Source: an uncultured archaeon
Lineage (GTDB): Archaea; Asgardarchaeota; Lokiarchaeia; Sigyniarchaeales; SOKP01
Direction: 5' to 3'
DNA length: 46,275 bases
NCBI GenBank assembly: GCA_964388035.1
Contig: CAYLZE010000031.1
Location: forward strand, 1-46,275
In this document: positions 26,990 to 36,615 of the stretch, piece after piece
Layout of the letters: each line of letters opens with the position of its first letter
Numbering within the stretch: the stretch's first letter is position 1
The notes under the pieces: model-generated
Databases searched by the model: none
Told to the model about the DNA's origin: nothing
The model's input: only the letters and a program-made list of their open reading frames with translations
Made by a program: the position numbers and the translations under genes

Positions 26990-28276
26990 GTGCCCAAAAT
27001 CTTATATTTTCCTACTAGGTACTTCCCTTCCATTTCTGGAGCTGAATTTTATCTTCAAAGAATGGCAGAAATTTTCAATCGGGAATTCAAGTATGAGGTG
27101 GAAATAATTACTTCAAATGCAATAGATTTTAAGGCATTAAGAGATCCATCGGGTAAAATCATCCATGAATCTGATAATTATTTCAATCAAGTGAATCAAA
27201 TACAAGTGAAGCGATTTAAAACGGAATATAACATTTCAATTGATAAAAAAATTAAAATTATAAAGGATTTAGGCTTTTATTGGGCACTCGAAATTGATGA
27301 TTACTCTTTGAAGAAATTTATTTTGAATGGTCCTTTTTTCACAACATTTTTTGAGAATCTCTCTCATTGGAAGAAACAAAACTATGATCTCATCCACGCG
27401 ACCTTTTATCCTTATTTTAACTTGGTACTTTGTCTCCTTCTGGGTAAATTACTAGAAATCCCTACCGTGTGTACGCCCTTTTTCCACTTTTCAAATCCCC
27501 GATACTTGGATAAAAAAATGGTCTCAATTCTTGAAAAATTCGACTTCATAATTGCATGCACTAACCTCGAAAAGGATAAATTAATGACATTTTCATCTTT
27601 ATCTAATCAGAAAATCAAGGTCATTCCCATGGGGGTGGATTTCGAATTTTTCCATGAACATCTAAGTTCTCACCCCTTTAGCTTTAAAGCAAAATTTTTT
27701 GAGAAAGCTGCGCGAAAAAATGCCCTGATCTTATTTTGTGGTTATAAAAATTATGAAAAAGGAGCTTTATCCCTCTTGAAAGCGATCCCTCTTATCTTAG
27801 AAAAGAAAAATGCCATCAATTTTGTGTTTATTGGACCTCCAACCCTGGCTTTTAATCGACAATTGTCCAAACTCAGAAAGGAATATAAAGTAAATATAAT
27901 CAATTTAACTCCAGATAACTTGACGGGGTATTATGATGAAAAAAAAATAGCCGCCTTCTTGGAATCTGATATCTATGCTATGCCAAGTCGAAGCGATGCA
28001 TATGGAATCGCATTTTTAGAAGCCTGGGCATGTAAAAAACCCGTTATAGGAGCAAACACGGGTGCCACGCCCGAAGTAATTGAAGATAATGTTGACGGAC
28101 TCTTGGTGCAATTCGACGATCCCGGAGATATTGCACAGAAAATTGTTTTTCTTTTAAAAAAGAAAAGATTGAGAAAAAAAATGGGTCAACAAGGTTATAA
28201 TAAAGTTGCTCGGGGACATTCATGGCGTCAAATAGCTATTCAAACAAAATATATATATGATATGCTATTAAAGTAA
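26990..28276 (+). CDS. Glycosyltransferase family 4 (GT-B)
   Basis: YFP.ISGAE, VIPMGVD, EKG...LL.A, MPS.SDAYGI.FLEAWAC.KPVI. Confidence 0.92.
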   Translation: MPKILYFPTRYFPSISGAEFYLQRMAEIFNREFKYEVEIITSNAIDFKALRDPSGKIIHESDNYFNQVNQIQVKRFKTEYNISIDKKIKIIKDLGFYWALEIDDYSLKKFILNGPFFTTFFENLSHWKKQNYDLIHATFYPYFNLVLCLLLGKLLEIPTVCTPFFHFSNPRYLDKKMVSILEKFDFIIACTNLEKDKLMTFSSLSNQKIKVIPMGVDFEFFHEHLSSHPFSFKAKFFEKAARKNALILFCGYKNYEKGALSLLKAIPLILEKKNAINFVFIGPPTLAFNRQLSKLRKEYKVNIINLTPDNLTGYYDEKKIAAFLESDIYAMPSRSDAYGIAFLEAWACKKPVIGANTGATPEVIEDNVDGLLVQFDDPGDIAQKIVFLLKKKRLRKKMGQQGYNKVARGHSWRQIAIQTKYIYDMLLK

Positions 28277-28278
28277 AC

Positions 28279-29520
28279 GTGGAGACAATCATAATGAACT
28301 ATATCGCAGGTAATCCTTATTTAATAAATGAGAATGGGGTACTCTTAATCGATTCTGTACCCGTAGATGTATTCTTTAAAGAAAATACCACTCCTTTTTT
28401 CATTTTTATCGAAAAAAGAATACGAGATAATGTTAATACCTTTAGGGAGATATTCAGTTCAATTTTTCAAGAATTTGAGTGTTTTTATTCCTTTAAAGCA
28501 AATTATCTTCCTGAAATTTGCAAAATTATTCAGTCCGAAAATATCGGTGCGGAGATCATCGGTGAATTGGAATTCAATCTCGCCTTAAAATTAGGATTTC
28601 CTCCAAATAAAATCATATTGGGGGGCCCTTATTTACCTGTTGGTCTGATTTCGAAAAGCATTCAGCATGAGGTTAAAGAAATTATAGTTTATAATTTAAA
28701 TGATTTAGAAAGAATCAATGCCCTTTCCAAACAACAAGATCACGTTCAAAATGTGTGCATTAGGATTAATTCCCAAAAATACAATAGTAAACTAGGAATC
28801 GTGCTCAATCAAAAAAATCACGATTTTCTCCTTCGTGCAGCGAAAACCTTTCATAATATTCGAATCACCTCCATGTTATCTCATTTAACTACTCAAATGA
28901 ATGATGTAAATCAATATAAGCAAAATTTAGAAGCTATCGCCACCCACTTGCAGCAATTAAGGAAAGATGGAATTGAAATTAAAAATCTGAATCTTGGTGG
29001 GGGGTTTCCAGAGGCAACCGTGATGAAAAAAAATCAATTGCAAAAAATCGCAATTACTTTAAAGAACACCATGAAAGAATTAGAGATTGATGTTGAAAAA
29101 ATATATTTTGAGCCCGGAAGATATTTCGTAGGAGATGCAGGCATTATTATCTCTGAAATTGTAAATGTGAATGATGATCGGATGGTATTTATCAATGCAG
29201 GAAACCACATTTGTCCCAAATTCGCTAAAGCAGCTTTTAGATTTTATAATATTTCACATTTAGGTGCCGCGCATAAATATGAGACCCAAATCAATGGGAT
29301 TATTCCTACAGATCAAGATGTATTAGCAAAAAATTACTTTTTTTCTAAAGAAATACAAGAAGGGGATAAAATACTCATTACCAATGCCGGAGCGTATACT
29401 TTAACTTTTTCCAATCGGTTTCCTTATCCTTTACCTTGCATATTAATAATAAATGGAACGAAAATCAATAAAATCTTTGATCCGAATAAACAATGGGATT
29501 TTTCTTTAAGCCCCCAGTAG
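28279..29520 (+). CDS. Diaminopimelate decarboxylase-like PLP enzyme (Orn/DAP/Arg decarboxylase family)
   Basis: YSFKAN (PLP Lys), SKLG, NLGGGF, EPGRY, GAY. The catalytic Cys motif is altered. Confidence 0.8.
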   Translation: METIIMNYIAGNPYLINENGVLLIDSVPVDVFFKENTTPFFIFIEKRIRDNVNTFREIFSSIFQEFECFYSFKANYLPEICKIIQSENIGAEIIGELEFNLALKLGFPPNKIILGGPYLPVGLISKSIQHEVKEIIVYNLNDLERINALSKQQDHVQNVCIRINSQKYNSKLGIVLNQKNHDFLLRAAKTFHNIRITSMLSHLTTQMNDVNQYKQNLEAIATHLQQLRKDGIEIKNLNLGGGFPEATVMKKNQLQKIAITLKNTMKELEIDVEKIYFEPGRYFVGDAGIIISEIVNVNDDRMVFINAGNHICPKFAKAAFRFYNISHLGAAHKYETQINGIIPTDQDVLAKNYFFSKEIQEGDKILITNAGAYTLTFSNRFPYPLPCILIINGTKINKIFDPNKQWDFSLSPQ

Positions 29521-29625
29521 CGAGGTTACATGAAAGTTTAACATAACATCACGATATTATAAACCTTCTAATTTTTTTCAAACATACTTCTTACAAGCTT
29601 GAAAGAATAAAAAAGGGTTGTTTTA

Positions 29626-30732
29626 ATGGAGCGATTAATTAATACGGCAAGGAATAGAGAAAATAATTATTACGTGAAAAAAAATATTTTACAGGCAAAT
29701 ATTAAAATCGTGGGCTGTGGTGGGGCAGGAAATAATACGATTGATCGCTTGATGAAAATTGGGATTAATGGGGCAACGTGTATTGCCATTAATACAGACC
29801 ATCAACATTTAGAACACGTTGATGCCGACTCTAAATTATTAATTGGAAAAGGATTAACCAGGGGACTGGGAGCTGGAGGGAATCCTGACATTGGAAAGGC
29901 AGCCGCAGAAGAATCTCGTGAAGATTTAACAAGAATATTAAGAGATTCCGATTTAGTATTCATTACATGCGGAGAAGGAGGAGGAACTGGTACGGGCAGT
30001 GCTCCGATTGTTGCAGAAATCGCAAAATATGAAGGAGCGATAGTGGTAGGTGTTGTTACTCTCCCTTTTGAAACCGAAATTGGTCGTCAAGGAATAGCCC
30101 GTTATGGCTTGAACGAATTAAAGAAAATTGTTGATACGCTTGTTGTCATAGATAACAATCGTCTGCTGGAAATTGCTCCCGATCTACCAATTTTGGAAGC
30201 TTTTAGTGTGGCGGATGAGGTATTAGCAACCATGGTGAAAGGGATCACGGAAACCATTTCCTTACCTTCGTTAATCAATTTAGATTTTGCTGATGTAAGA
30301 ACGATTTTGAGCACGGGAGGCGTTGCTATTGTGGGCCTCGGGGAATCTAACGCCACTAGCAATAGGGTAGAGGACGCGATAAACGATGCACTCAGTTCTC
30401 CTCTATTAGAAGTCGAAATAGATGGTGCAAGAGGAGCCTTAATTCACATTTGGGGCGGGCAAGACCTGACCCTGGCAGAAGCAAATTCCGTTGCAAAAAA
30501 AATTTGTGAAAAAATGGAAGTTGAAAATTCAATGGTAATATGGGGCGCTCGCGTTTCGGAAGATTATAACAATTATCTTAGAATAATGCTTTTAATCACG
30601 GGCATCAAATCACCACAAATCTTTGGTAAGGATAAGCCTTCCACCCCATCAAAACAAATTCTAAGCGAGAAGAGTGAAAAGCCCCATCTTTCGGATGATA
30701 TATTTAACATTAATGAAATATCTTATGAATAA
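29626..30732 (+). CDS. ftsZ: Cell division protein FtsZ
   Basis: G.GGAGNN, NTD, GLGAGG.P, GGGTGTG, PF..E, DNNRL, T7 loop INLDFAD. Confidence 0.97.
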   Translation: MERLINTARNRENNYYVKKNILQANIKIVGCGGAGNNTIDRLMKIGINGATCIAINTDHQHLEHVDADSKLLIGKGLTRGLGAGGNPDIGKAAAEESREDLTRILRDSDLVFITCGEGGGTGTGSAPIVAEIAKYEGAIVVGVVTLPFETEIGRQGIARYGLNELKKIVDTLVVIDNNRLLEIAPDLPILEAFSVADEVLATMVKGITETISLPSLINLDFADVRTILSTGGVAIVGLGESNATSNRVEDAINDALSSPLLEVEIDGARGALIHIWGGQDLTLAEANSVAKKICEKMEVENSMVIWGARVSEDYNNYLRIMLLITGIKSPQIFGKDKPSTPSKQILSEKSEKPHLSDDIFNINEISYE

Positions 30733-30809
30733 AAAATAACGAACCTCAGTTATTTATCTAAAAAGCAAGAGAAATTATAATCTCGAAGATACGATTGGAG
30801 TTATAATTT

Positions 30810-31367
30810 TCAGAATTCTGGTTTATATAATTTCCTAAACTCGTCCTTCTTTTTTTCGCTATATTTGTTCTCCAAGAATTTTAATACGGAATGATGGGGC
30901 ATGCCATTAATGAGCGAACTAACCGCTTTTCGAGCAACTTGTAAATTATCATAATTACCTATAATTGCAATCGTCTTGCCAAAGACAGATAGAAAAGATT
31001 CCGTATATTGTTCTATTGCTTTTCTCATTTCTCCATTTTTTCCAATGATTCTTCCTTTTACTCTTTTTATGCGCTTTTCCGATCGCCCTAAAATTTTAGC
31101 CAAATTAAAAATATCCAAGTCATAATTTTCATCCATTAACTTCATGGCTTTTTTAGGATTGAATCCTCGGGAAATAGCGGTTATAATTTTTTGCGCTACC
31201 AAGGTATTCAATGGATTATAGTTTTTATTTTCCATGTCAACAAGTATAGATACGTCCCCATTTTCACTGGAAATATCTATTTTTAATCCTAAAGAGTCTT
31301 CAATTTGATTTTTGATCTCACCCTCCTTGCCTATAACGACAGCAATTCGGGATTTAGGCACTTTCAT
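30810..31367 (-). CDS. KH-domain rRNA processing protein (Pno1/Dim2-like)
   Basis: RIAVVIGKEG, AISRGF.P, R.KGRIIGKNG, G.PH.SV...L. Confidence 0.9.
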   Translation of the reverse strand: MKVPKSRIAVVIGKEGEIKNQIEDSLGLKIDISSENGDVSILVDMENKNYNPLNTLVAQKIITAISRGFNPKKAMKLMDENYDLDIFNLAKILGRSEKRIKRVKGRIIGKNGEMRKAIEQYTESFLSVFGKTIAIIGNYDNLQVARKAVSSLINGMPHHSVLKFLENKYSEKKKDEFRKLYKPEF

Positions 31368-31370
31368 GAG

Positions 31371-32228
31371 TTACATCTCTCCTTTCATATTATTATTATT
31401 TTTCTCATTCATATTAATGACTTCATAGTAAAATTTCTTAGGATCTGGAGTCACAATCCCTATTTTTTGAAAATAGTTAAACACATTTTTAATATCCCGA
31501 ACCAAGAATACTTCTGCTTTTGGGTGCTGAATGGAGACGGCTTGGGAAATATCAATCACGTAGGGTTGTTGATTATGATATAAAATGTTAAATTCGGATA
31601 AGTCTCCGTGAACCAATTCCGCTTTTTGATATAACACCTTAATAAAGTATAATAATTCCTCAAAAACGTCTTCTTTATTGACGGGCTCCATGATATCTTT
31701 CAGCTTTGGAGCAGGGGTTTCCCCAAATCCGATATATTCCATGATGAGTATATTATCTTTCACAAAATAAGGTCTTGGTACCCTTAAATGAGCTTGTTGC
31801 GCTCTTTTCAGGTTTTTGAATTCTTTTTTCGCCCATAAATAGATAACTTTTGAAATATTACTCGGAACATTTTTATAGCGAGGATCTCCTATGATGTAAT
31901 TTTTCATCCATTTCGATGTATTTTTATCAATTTTATAGATTTTAATTGCCACATACTCTTCATTTTCATTCACTCCCAGATACACATTAGCTTCTTTTCC
32001 TGAGGAGATGATCCCCTCTATCTCTTTTAAGATCCCTCCCGCTATTAATTTATTTAATTGAGACCAGGTTCTTTCATCGAACACGGAAGCGACGGCTGCT
32101 CTTTTTTGCGTTTGATCGATCTTTTTCATGCGATATTTATCAATTCCTTCCTTTTCTAAGGTATCAATCCTCTTATTGAGTTTTTTAGTAAATTTATCGT
32201 TTAAATCCTTATAATTTTCTTTATTCAT
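31371..32228 (-). CDS. rio1: Serine protein kinase RIO1
   Basis: ISSGKEANVY, AIKIY, YI.GDPR, WA.KEF.NL, LVHGDLSEFNIL, ID.SQAV...HP. Confidence 0.93.
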   Translation of the reverse strand: MNKENYKDLNDKFTKKLNKRIDTLEKEGIDKYRMKKIDQTQKRAAVASVFDERTWSQLNKLIAGGILKEIEGIISSGKEANVYLGVNENEEYVAIKIYKIDKNTSKWMKNYIIGDPRYKNVPSNISKVIYLWAKKEFKNLKRAQQAHLRVPRPYFVKDNILIMEYIGFGETPAPKLKDIMEPVNKEDVFEELLYFIKVLYQKAELVHGDLSEFNILYHNQQPYVIDISQAVSIQHPKAEVFLVRDIKNVFNYFQKIGIVTPDPKKFYYEVINMNEKNNNNMKGEM

Positions 32229-33153
32229 GCTTGTTCTCCTCACTTTTCAAATGATAATTCAATTTAAAAAATTCTTCATAATCCAAGAATAACTTTGCAC
32301 CGGATGTATTTTTTAATAAGATTCTTTTTTTAGTAATGTCCGTTACCAAGTACTCTTCTCCATTTTCCGATATTACCCGATCCCCTTTCGAAACAGGAAG
32401 AAATTTTACCAAACTGGTCAACCGATAGATATTTTTTCCCTGTTTAGAATCCCTTCCTACCAATTTTTTAGTTCTTTTTAAGAGGAAATTGTGTTGCCCT
32501 TTCAAATAGGAGATTAGATGATTCATCAGTTCATTAGTGCTCAATAACAGGTCCACTCCATACTTTTTGTCCTCCATTTTAGAAATATATTGCTTGGGAT
32601 CCTTATTGAATTCCTTTTCCGTAAAAAATTGAATCTCTTGAATAATATCATTCAAGAGATTGAATTGAGATTCATCCATTACCCTCAATTGCATGATAGA
32701 TGTAAAATGCGTTCCACTCCTTAAATTTGAACAATTTTCGCATAATTCATGATTAAGTATTATTTTAATGGGTTGTTTATAAAACATGCTTTTATTCTTC
32801 TTTTGACACCCTTCTATTTCAAATTCTATCGTCTCTATCATATTTTTTGAGTTGTAAAAAACACTATTTTCATCTAAAGTTAAATTAAATTCAAGTGCAT
32901 TTTTTTTCATTAATGGTATTAAAAGATAATTATAAATCGCTTCTTCTGTGATCAAAATAATGTCCGATTCATTTGTTTCGTTCCAATCTTTCTGTTTGGC
33001 ATAATTGCCGCAATCCGGACAGATGATAAGATGGAATTCTCCGGGGAGTGTAAATAATGGATGCTCCTTTAGATAGCATTTCAAGCACATGTTAAATGTA
33101 GGGGCATTCTCATCTAAGGTTTCTCCACAAATAGCACAAAATCTATTGGGCAT
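32221..33153 (-). CDS. nmd3: NMD3-family ribosome maturation protein
   Basis: Four CxxC pairs (CAIC, CLKC, CPDC, CENC), SI.QLR, G.D..L, KLVGRD...GK..YR.T. Confidence 0.88.
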   Translation of the reverse strand: MPNRFCAICGETLDENAPTFNMCLKCYLKEHPLFTLPGEFHLIICPDCGNYAKQKDWNETNESDIILITEEAIYNYLLIPLMKKNALEFNLTLDENSVFYNSKNMIETIEFEIEGCQKKNKSMFYKQPIKIILNHELCENCSNLRSGTHFTSIMQLRVMDESQFNLLNDIIQEIQFFTEKEFNKDPKQYISKMEDKKYGVDLLLSTNELMNHLISYLKGQHNFLLKRTKKLVGRDSKQGKNIYRLTSLVKFLPVSKGDRVISENGEEYLVTDITKKRILLKNTSGAKLFLDYEEFFKLNYHLKSEENKHE

Positions 33154-33193
33154 TGATAACCGTCCTTTTAAACCAAATTAGTATTAGTTACAC

Positions 33194-33490
33194 TTAAAAC
33201 ACCATTTTCATTGCCATGGGAACGCCACTAATAGTGCGAACCCCATCTTCAGAAATAATATTATTCTCGATTGCCTGTTTAATAACATTTTCACCCACGA
33301 TATTAAAAAAGCACGCGCTCTTGAGGATTTCAATCGCTTCTTGGATGGTTAATAAATAACCTCCAAAGAATTGAGAGGTGATTTCTATTTTTAGATTTCC
33401 CTCTTTAAAAATTTTATTTAAAAGCTCCTCGTCGCAACAAGCTATAGTTTCCATTTCATTTCTGCAGTGTATTTTAAGATAAACCCTCAT
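33194..33490 (-). CDS. DUF424-family protein
   Basis: A.CDEELL.K.F.EG.L.I.....FFGG, NIVG..VI..A, I.GVP.A. Confidence 0.88.
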   Translation of the reverse strand: MRVYLKIHCRNEMETIACCDEELLNKIFKEGNLKIEITSQFFGGYLLTIQEAIEILKSACFFNIVGENVIKQAIENNIISEDGVRTISGVPMAMKMVF

Positions 33491-33532
33491 GTATGCTTTC
33501 TTAATACTCCTTTCTAATATTATTGTAAATAT

Positions 33533-33943
33533 TCACTCTATTATTTCAATCCTAGCACCACAAGCTTCACATTGTAAAAATTGCTTTTTTCCTTCTTTTA
33601 TTATCTGAGTGTCTGGCCTGTTGCAAATATTACAGAGCACATAGGTCTTGGTGTAATCCTCGATCAAGCGATTTAATACTTGTTCCTTATATTTTCCCTT
33701 TAAAAATAGTATTTGCCCCCGAGCCTCTCCCATTGTTCCCGCTTTTTTAAGAAAAATGCTGAGAAAATGTTTTTCGGTTCTATTTAAAACATTAATTATC
33801 TTGCTAAAATTTGTAATAAAAGTGTTTTTTCCTTCGAACCTGAGCTCCACTTTAGGGATCTCAAATCGTTCCATTTTTTTGACATTTTCAGGTACCTCAT
33901 CGTATGCTTTTTCTAATAATTCTTCATAATTGTTGATATCCAT
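33533..33943 (-). CDS. eif2b: Translation initiation factor 2 subunit beta
   Basis: YEELL.KAY, ERFEIP, T.I.NF..I...LNR...H, YV.C..C..PDT, C.ACGA. Confidence 0.95.
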   Translation of the reverse strand: MDINNYEELLEKAYDEVPENVKKMERFEIPKVELRFEGKNTFITNFSKIINVLNRTEKHFLSIFLKKAGTMGEARGQILFLKGKYKEQVLNRLIEDYTKTYVLCNICNRPDTQIIKEGKKQFLQCEACGARIEIIE

Positions 33944-34070
33944 GGGATCATTCTCCTATTCTTATATTTTGGGTAAAAAATGTATTTTAAGCAAAAAATT
34001 TATTTATTTCCTTCTATAAAAATTTAAACGGATTAAATTAAATCAGAAATTAGTTTTTTTAATCAAATTT

Positions 34071-34817
34071 TTAATAAGTTTGAAATAAATCCTCTTCAGA
34101 GGGATAAATCTTAGATTCCATTTCTAAATCCCTGATATACTTTCGCAGTTCTTTTTCAGGAATACCAATGCTCTTAAGCAGCTCTTGGAACCGAACGCCA
34201 TTACCTTCTAAAGTCCCCTCTTCTATCTCTGAAAAGATACGATCCTTAATCTCGTTCGTTTTATCATCTTTTTGCTCCTCGAATAAAGAATCTACATCAA
34301 TTTTTTCCGAAAGATCCTCAAGATCAAAATCCTCTTGGGTTGAATCAGGAATCTCGAATAATTTATCGGTCTTTATTCTTTTAATGATCTCGGCATCTCT
34401 TAATAATATCATGTTCGGATTTTCAATCTTTCGCAAGATTTCCGGTGATATTGATAAAAACCCCTTATATTCCCTGATAATTCCTATTATATCCACGATG
34501 TCTCCTTTTTGGTATTCCTCATAATTCTCGGGATTAACTCGCCAAAGATTAGCTCTAATTTGCCCCGTCCCATCTTCAAGGTCAAATTCAAGCCGATGAG
34601 TTGCCTTCCCCTCCTCTTGATATAATAAATCGTCATCGGCTTGATTGAGAAGGATTTCTCTTTTATCGTGAATTGTGGCAATTAATCGGACTCTTTTCAG
34701 CTTACCAAAAATTGTAAATATGGCCTTTTCCTCATTGAGATATTGGCCCTCCGTTAAATGCTGTATCCAACATTTTACTGCCGGATATCTCTTATAACTT
34801 TGCGTGCTATTCATCAT
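34071..34817 (-). CDS. RPA32/RPA2-like protein (OB fold, acidic linker, winged helix)
   Basis: R.PAVK..I, RVR.IATI, LEDGTG.IRA..W, V.IIG.IREY. C-terminal GV.FQEL...IG....ELR..I..LE....IY. Confidence 0.8.
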   Translation of the reverse strand: MMNSTQSYKRYPAVKCWIQHLTEGQYLNEEKAIFTIFGKLKRVRLIATIHDKREILLNQADDDLLYQEEGKATHRLEFDLEDGTGQIRANLWRVNPENYEEYQKGDIVDIIGIIREYKGFLSISPEILRKIENPNMILLRDAEIIKRIKTDKLFEIPDSTQEDFDLEDLSEKIDVDSLFEEQKDDKTNEIKDRIFSEIEEGTLEGNGVRFQELLKSIGIPEKELRKYIRDLEMESKIYPSEEDLFQTY

Positions 34818-35034
34818 GATTCACAATTGTACACGAATTAATAATAATAATCTTCCCTCTTTTTTAGTAATATCTATTAAGTCTTGAATAGACCGTTTTA
34901 CTATGCTCGCAATTACCTGATTTCTAAATCCCTTTTACTCATGCAGCAAGGTTTGTAGCACATCCCTGTTTTTAGATTAATTATCCCCTTAAAAAAAATA
35001 CTTAGAATCTGGATTTAATAAAGCAAAAGGGTTT

Positions 35035-35061
35035 AAGGAGTTTAAACGCCTTAAACTCCTT
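35035..35061. repeat. Perfect 11-bp inverted repeat AAGGAGTTTAA-acgcc-TTAAACTCCTT
   Basis: Read directly from the sequence; the left arm is imperfectly duplicated just upstream (AAGGGTTTAA). Confidence 0.85.
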
Positions 35062-35273
35062 TTTGGGAAAAGTTTTGGGAGAAAACGTGAGAATGGATTT
35101 TTTTAGGGTGTTAGGCATTAATTTCCTCTAGCAAATCTAAGATCTTTTGGAATGTAAACGGAAATCCTTTCTTTTAAATGTAAATGGGCAGCAAATTTTC
35201 TGAATTGGAAATATAAAAATTAAGATAAGGAAAAAAAGATACCAATAAGTAAAAAAGTAAATAAGTCTATTAT

Positions 35274-35602
35274 TTAAGCCATTTCCTTTATAATGGTAAG
35301 GATTTCTCGCATCCCTTCTTTAGTCAGCCCTTTCCCGTGCTTATAGTATAGTTCATGCTCATCAATCTCCAATGAACTGCTAGTTGATCTCCAAGTGAAC
35401 CGCGTCCCCCAGATCCACGCCATACAATGCTTCTACCCTGTCAATGATGATTTGATACATGAACTCGATCAAGTGGTTTACCGTGTATCCCTCATCATAT
35501 CCTATTTCCTCCCTAATCCGTTCAATTGCCATGTCTATTATGGTTTTATCCCACGCAAATAAATATGCTGGCTGTCCTTCAATGATGATTTTTTATACTC
35601 AT
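35274..35602 (-). pseudogene. Frameshifted gene remnant of unknown function
   Basis: MSIK/IIIEGQPAYLFAWDKTIIDMAIERIREEIGYDEGYTVNHLIEFMYQIIIDRVEALYGVDLGDAVHLEIN* then SSLEIDEHELYYKHGKGLTKEGMREILTIIKEMA* in another frame. Breaks at an A6 run and at a ~22-bp imperfect duplication. Confidence 0.55.
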
Positions 35603-35609
35603 TGTTTAT

Positions 35610-36001
35610 CTGGTGTCCATGCTGTTATATATCAGCGTAAAAAGGGGGATATCAATGATCCCCCTATATTCGATACTGATGGGTTTTTGCATTATAATGG
35701 AAATTATTATATATCTACAGATTTTATGACAGATAATTCTAAGGTGTTAAAAACAAAAATTTATTATGATGAATATCGCAATAATTGGGTAATAAGTGAA
35801 GGCCAAATGCTTGGAGATATGAAAGCGGGCTTCTTTAAGGATATGCTAGAAATTGAAAAACAGCCAAGTGAAAAGCCATATCTCCTAAATTTTTGTTATG
35901 ATGATATTATTGTAGATGATAACGAAGCAGTTTTAAAAATTTATTTAAACACCTTTGGAAAGACCAATTTTATGTATATTTTAAAAATATGGTATATTTA
36001 G
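35610..36001 (+). pseudogene. Probable 5'-truncated gene fragment (3' part of ORF 35459..36001)
   Basis: The C-terminal ~125 codons look protein-like (DPPIFDTDGFLHYNGNYYIS...). The N-terminal part is the antisense of the minus-strand remnant. Confidence 0.4.
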
Positions 36002-36336
36002 ATGGGCCTCACGAAGGTCAGAAGGTCAAAACATATTTCCTAAGGAATATTATTCTTTAATTATTGCCCTAACGGACGAGGGCAATTTAATAAATGGTTA
36101 GTTTTTTAGAACTCCATTTTACTTTTTTTTAAATCCTAATTTTGATGGATGTTTTCACATTTTAAATTAAGAAATTTATCAATAAATTGATTTATCTTTT
36201 ATTATCCCTAAAGTTAAAATTATATAATGTGTTTAATAAATTAAAAAAAAAAAGATTTCGTTGATTCGATATAAAAAAGAAATTAATTGTTTATTTATAA
36301 AAAAAATTTAATAATGTGATACTGGAGTACATTTAA

Positions 36337-36435
36337 AGCGAGGTAGGGCAGCCTGGTTTATCCCGCAGGGCTCATAGGAAAAGTAATCTTTTCTGAGATA
36401 CCCTGAGATCACTGGTTCAAATCCAGTCCTCGCTA
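36337..36435 (+). tRNA. Initiator tRNA-Met(CAT) with canonical 37/38 intron (36377-36399)
   Basis: A1-T72 acceptor AGCGAGG/CCTCGCT and three consecutive G-C pairs in the anticodon stem (CAGGG/CCCTG). Strict BHB: CTCA/TGAG, bulges TAG and ATA, inner helix GAAAAG/CTTTTC. Confidence 0.96.
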
Positions 36436-36615
36436 TATTTTTTTTACCTTCATTTTGTATTTTGCATTTGATTTTTTTCAATTTAAATTTTTTGAATTGA
36501 TTGAATGAGAAACAAAAAAAAATCTAACGGAGCGTTATTGAAAAAATTTATAGTAAACCTTTCCTTTTTCCTAATGTTAAATAAATAATATCGCAATAAC
36601 ATAATTATAACTTAG

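Noticed and set aside
35459-36001. 180-aa + strand ORF as one intact gene
   Set aside because: Its first ~50 codons are the antisense of a more protein-like minus-strand remnant; it appears chimeric.
5374-36317. AATGT motif upstream of several tRNA genes
   Set aside because: Spacing to TATA-like boxes and to tRNA starts is inconsistent; a short AT-rich word is expected by chance.
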